A stretch of 64,000 nucleotides of DNA from Cloacimonetes bacterium SCGC AAA252-N17 (GTDB taxonomy: Bacteria; Cloacimonadota; Cloacimonadia; JGIOTU-2). Position numbers and translations under genes: made by a program. The stretch is taken from NCBI GenBank assembly GCA_000404785.1, contig ASNI01000004.1:4047-68046 (forward strand). Reading direction: 5' to 3'. The notes under the pieces were generated by a model. It saw only the letters and a program-made list of their open reading frames with translations, was not told the origin of the DNA and did no database searches. How positions within the stretch are numbered: position 1 is the stretch's first letter; the number at the start of each line of letters is the position of its first letter. This document shows, piece by piece, positions 31,713-40,538 of this stretch.

Positions 31713-32402
31713 AGTTGTTGCAATCGTTGCGATTCAGTTACAATGGTGTATAAATACCAAATTACAAATATCAAATATCAAATAAAATTTCAAATTTCAA
31801 ATCAACATTTCTTAGAAGTCAGAAAATCGATTCTTAATATTGTAAAAATACAAGCACAAATTTGAATTGGATACATTGAATATTTGGACATTTTGGTTTT
31901 TTACCCCGTGAGATAAGCCTTTATCTAATTTTGGTTATTATTAATTCATATTTACCCCTGTTAGATAATTATATATAATGTTTTTGAAACAAGCTATAGA
32001 ATATCTATCTAACAGGGTTTATCTAACGGGGTGAATTTTATTTGAAATTAGTAATTCGTCCCCGCGTCTGCAGGGATAGAAATTATAGAATTTATTCTCT
32101 ACGAACATTAGCGTCATAAATATATGACATACATCCCTAATATGTAATTATTTTATGACAGAATATCATCCTAAAAATCTTAATGCATTCCAAACGAAGG
32201 CGTTGGGAATGAGTATAAAATAGTTTATTCCCGTTCTGGAGAACGGGAATCCAGATGGCTATATTTAGAGTGCAAAATGTGGAGTACTTCTCTCCTGAGA
32301 AGGTTATAATAAACCTTTGTATTATTTTCAAACAGGTTTACTTAAAAAAATAAAATTGATCTTGACAGAAAAAAAAATTTTTAAAAAAGTCAAATAAAAA
32401 TT

Positions 32403-32419
32403 TGGCATATAATTTGCAT
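32403..32419 (+). promoter_or_regulatory. Sigma54 (RpoN) -24/-12 promoter upstream of the pilin-like gene
   Basis: TGGCAT-N5-TTGCAT has exactly the consensus spacing (GG at 32404-05, GC at 32416-17). It lies about 80 nt upstream of the start codon and downstream of the gene for a sigma54-dependent activator. Confidence 0.8.
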
Positions 32420-32500
32420 TATATATTTATATTAATAAAAGATGTGAAAATTCCCCAATTCCCGTTTTTTACGGGAAAAAAATAATGTTAGGAGGATAAC

Positions 32501-32944
32501 ATGGGAATGCAACAAATACTGCTCATTGTATTGAGCGTAATTATCGTAGGTGCAGCTGTCGCTGTTGGTATTACGATGTTCAGTACCCAGGCTGTGAACG
32601 CAAACCGCTCGGCAGTTCTTATGGACCTGAACACCTTTGGTGCAGCAGCTATAGCATATTATAAGACACCTACTGACCAGGGCGGTGGCGGCCACTCTTT
32701 TGAGGCTTCTTGCGACTCAGTTGGATACTACCTCGCTAATAACTATAGTACGACTGGCAAAACAATTACCAATGATAATGGTGATGTCTATACGTTATCA
32801 ATTGACGGTGATAATCTAAAAATAGTTGGTGTGGGAACTGAAAAAGGAAGAAGCACGGTGGTTGGCTGTGGCGACAGAGTTGGTGGCACAATGACTATTG
32901 ACCCTGAGGCATCTGACCCGCTTGTTCTAACCCTTACTAATTGA
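32501..32944 (+). CDS. Small pilin-like protein (candidate major filament subunit). It has an N-terminal roughly 25-residue hydrophobic helix but no canonical prepilin leader.
   Basis: N-terminus MGMQQILLIVLSVIIVGAAVAVGITMF, followed by a small Gly/Thr-rich globular part. The RBS is AGGAGG at 32490-95. It is driven by the sigma54 promoter and followed by a strong terminator. It sits at the head of the pilC-pilB cluster. Confidence 0.55.
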   Translation: MGMQQILLIVLSVIIVGAAVAVGITMFSTQAVNANRSAVLMDLNTFGAAAIAYYKTPTDQGGGGHSFEASCDSVGYYLANNYSTTGKTITNDNGDVYTLSIDGDNLKIVGVGTEKGRSTVVGCGDRVGGTMTIDPEASDPLVLTLTN

Positions 32945-32986
32945 CAAGTAAGACAGCAGATAGTAAAAATCGCTGTTTGTAAAATT

Positions 32987-33029
32987 ATATGGGAGGTTGG
33001 AATTGATGCCTGCCTCCCATATTTTTCTT
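32987..33029 (+). terminator. Rho-independent terminator downstream of the pilin-like gene
   Basis: A 10-bp stem (atatgggagg … cctcccatat) followed by TTTTTCTT. Confidence 0.8.
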
Positions 33030-33091
33030 ATTTACAGATTCCATGACAGAATGGACCGTAACAACCATAGGTTAATAAAAAGTAAGTAGCT

Positions 33092-34444
33092 ATGTTAAAA
33101 GAATATCGCTATCAAGGTATATCACTTAGTGGTAAAACCATACAAGGTATAGTATTAGCACATAACAATTCAAAATCTAAAGAGTTAATTAAAGGGCTTG
33201 CTTCCAAACATAGATTACGAATCAATTCCATACTTCCTAAGAAAAAATTTATTTATGTAGTAAAGCTGCCAAATGGGAAGAAGATAAGAGGTAGGCAGGC
33301 AGCATTTACCAAGCAGGAAGTAGCAGATGCCCTTGCAAAGATTGGATATCATAATGCAAAAATCCAACCCGTTCTTTTTGATATAAAACGCAAGCCATCT
33401 TCTGCAGATATAATGATGTTTGTTAATCTTAGTTCATTCCTGTTAAAAGAAAAGATGGCGTATGACAAGATTCTTCGTATGTTGGCAGACGAAGAATCAA
33501 ATCCTACATTAAAGGAAACCCTAAAGAAGATTGAAAGCCAGTTAAAATCTGGCAAAGAAGGTTCAGAAGTTTTTGCACGCTTTTCTGATATTTTTGGGAA
33601 ATTCCCTGCTTATATGCTTGGCTTGGCAACCAAAAGTGGTAATATGGCAGAAGTCTACGATGCTACTGCAAAGTTCATGGAACGTGATCAGGAATATAAA
33701 AAAAGTATGAAACAAGCATTGATTGCTCCAGCTCTCACAGTATTGGCTACAATAGCAGCATGCGTATGGTATATTGTTTCTATTTTCCCGGCAACTGCAA
33801 ATCTATTTATCAAATTTAATATAGAAGTTCCCCCTATGACAGCAGCAACCTTAAGAATGAGTAATTATTTAGGGGCTAATTGGTGGCGGATGCTTCTTCT
33901 TATTATTATACCTGTAATGATAATTTTGCGATGGTGGAAAACTCCAAAAGGGATGGTATGGAGAGATAGGTTTTTAATTAAGTTACCAATTGTAGGACAT
34001 CTTTTGCATAAATCAAGCATTGAGATATTTTTTAGAGTTTTTTCTGCTATCTATGCAGGAGCGGCTGATAATATAGCGACATTACAAGCTTCTGCAGAAG
34101 CTTGCAGGAATGCTTACATGGAAAAAGGGGTTAAGGAGATAACAATTCCACTTATGCTGAAAGAAGGTATGTCATTAGTGCCAGCCCTTGCAACTGCCGA
34201 TGTTTTTAACAGAACCACATTAAGCAGGTTGAGAACAGGAGTAGAGACAGGGAATGTTCTGCAAGCTGCCCAGCAGATTGCCCTATTCTATGAAAAAGAA
34301 ACAACATACAAGATAAAGAATATAATTCAATATGTTCAGACTATAGTTGGTGCTTTTATAGCACTGGCAATTACCATCTTAACCATAGTTTCCGCAGAAG
34401 TTGCCTTTGTATCACCTCCCATACCGGGAATAAGTGGAATGTAA
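33092..34444 (+). CDS. pilC: Type IV pilus / type II secretion platform protein (PilC/GspF family)
   Basis: Two T2SS-F repeats, each followed by TM segments (…PAYMLGLATKSGNMAEVYD…, …LQASAEACRNAYMEKG…). Confidence 0.85.
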   Translation: MLKEYRYQGISLSGKTIQGIVLAHNNSKSKELIKGLASKHRLRINSILPKKKFIYVVKLPNGKKIRGRQAAFTKQEVADALAKIGYHNAKIQPVLFDIKRKPSSADIMMFVNLSSFLLKEKMAYDKILRMLADEESNPTLKETLKKIESQLKSGKEGSEVFARFSDIFGKFPAYMLGLATKSGNMAEVYDATAKFMERDQEYKKSMKQALIAPALTVLATIAACVWYIVSIFPATANLFIKFNIEVPPMTAATLRMSNYLGANWWRMLLLIIIPVMIILRWWKTPKGMVWRDRFLIKLPIVGHLLHKSSIEIFFRVFSAIYAGAADNIATLQASAEACRNAYMEKGVKEITIPLMLKEGMSLVPALATADVFNRTTLSRLRTGVETGNVLQAAQQIALFYEKETTYKIKNIIQYVQTIVGAFIALAITILTIVSAEVAFVSPPIPGISGM

Positions 34445-34567
34445 ATTAAGTCATTTGTAATTTGTAATTTATCCTCGTTCCCAATCCCCAATTGAATTGG
34501 GGATTGGGAACGAAGTGAATGGGTTACCAAACTGGATTTGGTAACCAGAAATGTAAAAAAGAAAAAT

Positions 34568-36352
34568 ATGTTAGGAAAATCAAGATTAGGTCAAGTTCTC
34601 ATTGAACGAGGAATAGTTGATAAAGAAACGCTTAATAAAGCATTTCTAATTCAAGCTGATGAGGATCCGGAAAATCCAAGAAGGTTAGAAGAGATTTTAG
34701 TTTCTGACCTCAAAGTAGACCATGATGCTATCTTTGGCTTATTAGCAGACCTTTATGCCTTCCGAACTATAAATATTGACCCCGAACAGGTAGATACGAA
34801 GCAGATAAAAAATACAAAAGAGATACTATCAAAATTTCCCGAAGATTTTAAAAGAGAACTAATATATAAAAAGGTTTTACCATATCAAATATCTTATGGT
34901 CGCAGGGATAAACTCCTGGTCTTATCTGCAAATCCTACTGAAAAAATTGTGGAAAAAATCCCTTTACTCACTGAGTTCAAAAAATATGAAGTAGTTTATT
35001 GTCGACTAAGGACTTTAGAGGAACTTATTGACCTGATAGCTCCGCAACAAAATGAGTTTCTAGAACTTTTAGAAGAGGCAAGCGAACAGATAGAAGAGGT
35101 AAGGGAGCCAGGACGCATAACAGGAATTGATGAATATGCATTAGATGACGAAATCAACAAAAGTCTTTTAGTAAATCTTTATGAAGGCTGCCTTATAGAA
35201 GCGGTACGAAAAGATGCGAGTGATATCCATATCATTCCATTTCAAAGGTCCAATGTAGATATCTATTTTAGGATTGATGGCAAGCTCCATCTCTGGCATC
35301 GTCAGGAAAATACCGAACCAGAAGCTATGGCAGCTGTAGTAAAAGACCGCACCACAGGGATTGATAGATTTGAAAGGGATACAGCACAGGATGGCTTTGC
35401 ACAACGAATCGTAGATGACCACCTGATTCGCTTCCGTGTCTCTGTACTGCCAATGATATCTCAAGAATACGAAAGAAGATTTGAGAGCATTGCAATCAGG
35501 GTGGTAGATGACAGGAAAGTTATCACAGATTTAAAAGAATTAGGATTTCAAAAACAAGCAGAAAAGGATTTTCTTAAAGCAATAAATACATCCAAGGGGA
35601 TTGTAATAGTTACAGGACCAACAGGTAGTGGAAAGAGTACAACCTTAATGGCTGCACTTTATCATGTGTTAGACCCCTCAAAAAATGTACTTACATGCGA
35701 AGACCCTGTAGAATATGTGATTAGAGGGGCAAGGCAGTTAAAAATTGGACATAAGCTTAGCTTTGAAAACGCAGTTCGTTCTATTCTAAGACATGACCCT
35801 GATATCGTTATGGTCGGTGAAATCAGAGATAAAATTACCGCTGATGTTGCGGTTAAACTTGCTAACACAGGTCATCTGACATTTTCTACACTTCATACCA
35901 ATGATGCACCAAGTGCCATATCAAGACTCTATAAAATGGGAGTAGAACCATTCCTCCTGGCTTATGCTATAAATATTATAGTAGCACAAAGACTCGTAAG
36001 AAAACTATGTCCACACTGCAAGAAACCATTATCTAAAGAAAAGTATCAAGCAGCTCTTGATTTAGGATTAACAGAAGAGGACTTAAAATCTGGTAAAATC
36101 TTTGAAGCTGGTAAAGGATGTAAAAAGTGCACAGAAGGATATAGGGGAAGAATCAATATCTGTGAAGCATTATATTTTAGCCCTGAGATAAGAAAATCTA
36201 TTGTGAAAGCTGGAACTGAGATTTATGAGGAAAAGATAAGACAAATTGCAGAAAGCCAGGGAATGTTATCACTTCGCCAATCTGGATTAGAAAGAATTAG
36301 AGAAGGGCTCACTACTATATCAGAAGTGGCTTATGCTACCTCAGAGGATTAA
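34568..36352 (+). CDS. pilB: Type IV pilus assembly / secretion ATPase (PilB/GspE family) with an N-terminal MshEN-like domain
   Basis: Walker A motif GPTGSGKSTT, the His box TLHTNDAPSAISRL, and a tetracysteine motif CPHC…CKKC. The N-terminus carries RLGQVLIERGIVDKETLNKAFLIQ (an MshEN RLGxxLxxxG motif). The ORF track starts at a TTG at 34538, but the ATG at 34568 is preferred. Confidence 0.9.
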   Translation: MLGKSRLGQVLIERGIVDKETLNKAFLIQADEDPENPRRLEEILVSDLKVDHDAIFGLLADLYAFRTINIDPEQVDTKQIKNTKEILSKFPEDFKRELIYKKVLPYQISYGRRDKLLVLSANPTEKIVEKIPLLTEFKKYEVVYCRLRTLEELIDLIAPQQNEFLELLEEASEQIEEVREPGRITGIDEYALDDEINKSLLVNLYEGCLIEAVRKDASDIHIIPFQRSNVDIYFRIDGKLHLWHRQENTEPEAMAAVVKDRTTGIDRFERDTAQDGFAQRIVDDHLIRFRVSVLPMISQEYERRFESIAIRVVDDRKVITDLKELGFQKQAEKDFLKAINTSKGIVIVTGPTGSGKSTTLMAALYHVLDPSKNVLTCEDPVEYVIRGARQLKIGHKLSFENAVRSILRHDPDIVMVGEIRDKITADVAVKLANTGHLTFSTLHTNDAPSAISRLYKMGVEPFLLAYAINIIVAQRLVRKLCPHCKKPLSKEKYQAALDLGLTEEDLKSGKIFEAGKGCKKCTEGYRGRINICEALYFSPEIRKSIVKAGTEIYEEKIRQIAESQGMLSLRQSGLERIREGLTTISEVAYATSED

Positions 36353-36355
36353 ATA

Positions 36356-36766
36356 ATGAATACAGGTCAGATGCTTGCTCTCATTTTTGCGATTGCACTT
36401 TTTGCCACTATTGTGATGACTGTAAACTACTCTCTGCTCAGTCAATCCGAACTGGTTTATAGGGGAATGTATATAACCCAGGGACAAAACATATCGGAGA
36501 AATACTTTGATAAAATAGAAGCGGAAGCTATAGTATCAAATCCACCAATAGTTCCATTTGATTTCATTGGAGCTAGTTATCCTAATACAACTGTTTCTCT
36601 GGGTAGTGTTAATTATGAAGTATATATCTCTACTCAATATACAGATTCATTAGGAACACCAATGGGATTTCCCACAGATTTTCAACGAGTAGATATTAAG
36701 ATATATTGTGTTGGATTACTCGACACAATAAGGTTCAACAGATTGTTTGGTAAGGTAGATTTATAG
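36356..36766 (+). CDS. Small pilin-like protein (candidate minor filament subunit) lacking a class III leader
   Basis: N-terminus MNTGQMLALIFAIALFATIVMTV. 136 aa. Translationally coupled 3 bp after pilB. Confidence 0.45.
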   Translation: MNTGQMLALIFAIALFATIVMTVNYSLLSQSELVYRGMYITQGQNISEKYFDKIEAEAIVSNPPIVPFDFIGASYPNTTVSLGSVNYEVYISTQYTDSLGTPMGFPTDFQRVDIKIYCVGLLDTIRFNRLFGKVDL

Positions 36767-36773
36767 GTGAGAG

Positions 36774-37346
36774 ATGAGTAGTTTATTAGATGCTATTGGT
36801 GCTGTGGCTATCGGTGGATTATTCTTGGTTACTATGTTTACCACCCTTTTTAATGTGCAGGTTACAGGTCAGAATATCGGTTTACAGGTAACACTTAATC
36901 AATGTGCTGATGTAATATGTGACGAACTGGATAATTATTTGGGAAAAGTTTGCATTGATGTGACTGGTTCCGGGTCTGATACAATAATGGTTGCTGCATC
37001 TGACTCTTTTAAGTTTTGCTCTAACTGGGATGTATTTGCTGATATTACTACCTCAAGTGAAAATGTAATAAAAATTGCTCTGGGAGATAGTACGCATATT
37101 GGCTACCCAATGGAAGTTACTCAAAATGGTATTTTAGTATCAGGTACTGATATACCACTCTGGTTGAAAAGTATGAAATTTACTTATTATGATGTGGATG
37201 AGAATGAAACATTTATCCTAAAGGACATCCGTTCTGTTAAAGTGGAGATGGAATTTTTCCATGAGGGCTCTTTAGTTGGGCCTGGCGAAAGAAATATAAA
37301 TACAAAAATTATCTTCTGGAAATATTTTAAAAATTTGTATCCATGA
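36774..37346 (+). CDS. Small pilin-like protein (candidate minor filament subunit)
   Basis: N-terminal single hydrophobic helix AIGAVAIGGLFLVTMFTTLF. 190 aa. Confidence 0.45.
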   Translation: MSSLLDAIGAVAIGGLFLVTMFTTLFNVQVTGQNIGLQVTLNQCADVICDELDNYLGKVCIDVTGSGSDTIMVAASDSFKFCSNWDVFADITTSSENVIKIALGDSTHIGYPMEVTQNGILVSGTDIPLWLKSMKFTYYDVDENETFILKDIRSVKVEMEFFHEGSLVGPGERNINTKIIFWKYFKNLYP

Positions 37347-37635
37347 TAAAGCAATTAACAATCAATCAATTAAAAGATTGACATAAATTTGGTAATTTTT
37401 ATCTATGTAGAGTTATTAGGCTAGGTTCGAGCTTATCCCGAACCCACGAAAATTAAAAGATGAACAGGATAAATTTGTTGGTGAATAATGTTTAAGAACC
37501 CAAAAGTATATTTAGTGTTTGTCCGTAAAATAAAAACCTTGGTATCCCAATATGTCGGGATGCAATGGTTGATTTGTTCATTATTTATTCCCTATATATC
37601 AGGGATAAATCTGATACAGCGAATAGGAGGATAAA

Positions 37636-38538
37636 ATGGGAAAGTCTTTATTTATAGGCGTCTTGGTACTTACAGTCATTTTTGCAGCAATTACTATCAC
37701 TGTACAAAGACATTCAAGTAAAGTTCCAGAAATGCTATCTGTGAACCTGGCTGAGCAGCAGGCAGCAAACCTTGCTGCTTATGCCTTAGGTTATGGTATA
37801 AATAAGCTTCTTGATGGTAATGTCACTTTTTGCGATAGTATAAATGGATATATTGATGATTTTACTCCATTAGAAGTTTTGGATGGTTCAATTGATAGCA
37901 TCAAATTTACTAATGAATCAGATGGTTCAATTCGTATTAACTCGTATGTAACTTATAATATCAATGATAAAACTGTTAATCACCAGAGTGAAGCAAATTT
38001 TTCATTCATTATTGATGATGAAGCTGAATCAAATATTACATCTGCTCTTGTTTATGGTGGCTCTATTACTATCCATGCAAAAGCTGTTATTACGGGAGAA
38101 TTAACTGAAACTACAGAATTTAATTTTGAAGAAGTGTTTGGACTAACTGAACAGGAAGTTAAGGATGAAGCAATAAGTAATGATGCATTTATTATAAATC
38201 CAGAAAATAATACACCAATGCCAGACAGCCTTACATGGATAGAATTTGAGGGGGGTGACAGCCTCTTCAAAATTACAAATGATTGGACTGGTGCTGGCAT
38301 ATTAATTATTAAGGGAAATCTAAAGTGTACGGCACACACAACTTTTAATGGCATTCTGGTTGTCTTTGGTACATTAGACATTACAGCACATTCAAATATT
38401 ACTGGTTCTGTGTTTGTCGTGGGTGATACCAGTTTGGGAGCTCATGCTACTATTACTTTTGATGGTGATATAGTGGCTACAGCTTTGGAAAGTTTACCGT
38501 TTAATGTTTCTTGCAAGATTATCAGCTGGAAAGAATAA
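37636..38538 (+). CDS. Pilin-like or secreted protein with an N-terminal hydrophobic helix (a larger candidate minor pilin or tip protein)
   Basis: N-terminus MGKSLFIGVLVLTVIFAAITITV. 300 aa. RBS AGGAGG. Confidence 0.45.
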   Translation: MGKSLFIGVLVLTVIFAAITITVQRHSSKVPEMLSVNLAEQQAANLAAYALGYGINKLLDGNVTFCDSINGYIDDFTPLEVLDGSIDSIKFTNESDGSIRINSYVTYNINDKTVNHQSEANFSFIIDDEAESNITSALVYGGSITIHAKAVITGELTETTEFNFEEVFGLTEQEVKDEAISNDAFIINPENNTPMPDSLTWIEFEGGDSLFKITNDWTGAGILIIKGNLKCTAHTTFNGILVVFGTLDITAHSNITGSVFVVGDTSLGAHATITFDGDIVATALESLPFNVSCKIISWKE

Positions 38539-38644
38539 TAAAAAATTTTATTCCCTTATAAGCTTATTGAATTCGTAATACGGGTTGGTGCAGAATGTTG
38601 TGATAACCTATAATATTAATAATAGTATATTAAAGAGGAAAAAA

Positions 38645-39556
38645 ATGGATAAATTACAATTTACTGAAACAGAAAAAAGTATGTACAATTGGTGGTCAAA
38701 AATCCGCTGGTTTATGGTAATTATCCTTTTTGCCATAGGTGTTTTGCGGGTTCAGCAAACTCCACAGACCTATCCGATTATTATCTTTGTTATTGTATTT
38801 TTGGGAATATGTATCTTAAATCTTCTTTTTCATTTGCAAATTATTAAGACCACTAACATTATTGGAGCGTTTCAAATCGTTCTGGATATTGTATTTGCTA
38901 CCATGGTTGTTCATTTGACTGGTGGGCTTGAAAGTTCTTTTGTATGGATTTACCTAATAGGAGTGATTACTGCCAGTTTGGCATTAACAAAATCGGGCGG
39001 CTTTATCGCAGCCTCGATAGGTGGTATGTGTCTATTGGTGTTGATTCTTTTTTATAATTTTAAATGGCTGATTCCAGTTAATGGTTCGGCTTTTGATGTT
39101 GATATATCGTCACAGACCATCTTTCTGATTTCCTATGTAGGTCTTTTTACTACCATAGCCTTTATTGCGAATTTTATTAGTGATATGGTAAGAAACCTTT
39201 CATGGGAAGTTCGGACTAATGAGGAGAAATTTAGCCAGCAAGAAAATACACTATTGGAAATGCAAAAAGAAATCGTTGAAAATAAGAAAGACATTGGAAA
39301 GTATAAAGAAGTTGTTAAAACAGCCGCTTCACTCGCTGGCATAGACCATGACATAAATAATCCCCTTAGTGTTATTTCTTTGTCATTAAGCAGGGTAAAA
39401 AAAGCTGCTGCGGAATATGAGGACGAAAAACTTGCTAAGACTGGCAATCAAATAACAGAAGCTATCAATAGAATAAATAGTATACTAACAAGATTGCAAG
39501 AGTTAAAAAAGTTAGAATTAATTAAAGAGGAAAGAAAAAAGCAAAAACAGGATTAA
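38645..39556 (+). CDS. Six-TM membrane sensor with a HisKA phosphoacceptor domain but no catalytic HATPase domain
   Basis: Six hydrophobic helices and then IDHDINNPLSVISLSL (an H-box). The protein ends in a coiled coil with no N/G1/G2 boxes. The start is taken at MDKLQF, which has an RBS. Confidence 0.6.
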   Translation: MDKLQFTETEKSMYNWWSKIRWFMVIILFAIGVLRVQQTPQTYPIIIFVIVFLGICILNLLFHLQIIKTTNIIGAFQIVLDIVFATMVVHLTGGLESSFVWIYLIGVITASLALTKSGGFIAASIGGMCLLVLILFYNFKWLIPVNGSAFDVDISSQTIFLISYVGLFTTIAFIANFISDMVRNLSWEVRTNEEKFSQQENTLLEMQKEIVENKKDIGKYKEVVKTAASLAGIDHDINNPLSVISLSLSRVKKAAAEYEDEKLAKTGNQITEAINRINSILTRLQELKKLELIKEERKKQKQD

Positions 39557-39560
39557 TACT

Positions 39561-40415
39561 ATGAAAAAAAATATTTTAATCGTTGATGATGAACAAAATA
39601 TAAGAGAACTTTGTAAAGAGTTTCTTGAGGAAGAGGGATATAAGGTTTCGCTTGCTGTTGATGGTCAAGACGCTTTAGATAAAATGGAATATGATGATTT
39701 TGATCTATTTCTTGTTGATATGGCTATGCCCCGTATGGGTGGATTTGAATTAATGAAGATGATTAAGAAGAAACAACCCTTTGCGGTGATAATTATATTG
39801 ACCGGCTTTCCCAGTATTGAGGATGCGGTCAGGACGATCCGTGCTGGTGCATTTCACTACATAACCAAGCCTACTAATGCAGAGGAACTTCTTGAGGTTG
39901 TTAAAAAAGGATTAGAATATTCAGAAGATTTATATGGTCCTCTTCAAAAAGTCTTTGAACCTTTGTCAGAAACCGTCCACAAAAGAGGCCCAATTATATT
40001 GCATGGATTTTCTCCTGAAGATAAAACAGATTTTCTATCCTTGGGCAGCCTGTGTGAATATGATGTTGGCGTAAACATTCCTATAGGTGATAAAAAATCT
40101 GGTTCAATTATTTTAGTTGATCGCGGTGAAGTCTCAGTTTGGCTTAATAATACAATTGTAGATTATCTCCAAAAATGGGATACATATGGTGAGGAACGCC
40201 TTATTTTAGCTGAATCTTTAATTACTAAACTTCGTGCTGAAACTGCTGTTAGGGTTAGATATTTTGACCGTAAAAAGATGTTAGATTTCTTTGCATACAA
40301 AGGTGAAAAATTGATGAAAAGATTTATGATTAATCTTATAAATTGTACATTTTCCAAATGGCGTAAATCCATTCAAAGAATTGTTATGCTGAAACTTGTT
40401 ACTGGAGAAAAGTGA
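39561..40415 (+). CDS. Response regulator whose receiver domain is fused to a C-terminal domain of unknown function (possibly PilZ-like)
   Basis: REC domain ILIVDDEQN…DLFLVDMAMP…ITKP. The C-terminal roughly 150 aa show no clear motif. Confidence 0.7.
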   Translation: MKKNILIVDDEQNIRELCKEFLEEEGYKVSLAVDGQDALDKMEYDDFDLFLVDMAMPRMGGFELMKMIKKKQPFAVIIILTGFPSIEDAVRTIRAGAFHYITKPTNAEELLEVVKKGLEYSEDLYGPLQKVFEPLSETVHKRGPIILHGFSPEDKTDFLSLGSLCEYDVGVNIPIGDKKSGSIILVDRGEVSVWLNNTIVDYLQKWDTYGEERLILAESLITKLRAETAVRVRYFDRKKMLDFFAYKGEKLMKRFMINLINCTFSKWRKSIQRIVMLKLVTGEK

Positions 40416-40418
40416 AGA

Positions 40419-40506
40419 ATATCGTATATCGTCAATCGGTTGGGCAACTCGAAACGGTTGACGGATACCGGAAAACGGCACGTCTGCCGATTGACGCAAG
40501 ACGATT
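40419..40506. repeat. Direct repeat copy 1 flanking the four-helix-bundle gene; GC-rich, with an internal 10-bp inverted repeat (cgtcaatcgg / ccgattgacg)
   Basis: About 94% identical to 40946..41032. Confidence 0.85.
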
Positions 40507-40538
40507 CGACCTACGCAACTGAATAACGAAAGGAAGAT

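Noticed and set aside
31760-31800. Tandem 'caaata / tttcaaa' simple repeats, as a possible CRISPR or microsatellite.
   Set aside because: Short, AT-rich, irregular low-complexity sequence with no repeat-spacer periodicity. No cas genes anywhere in the window.
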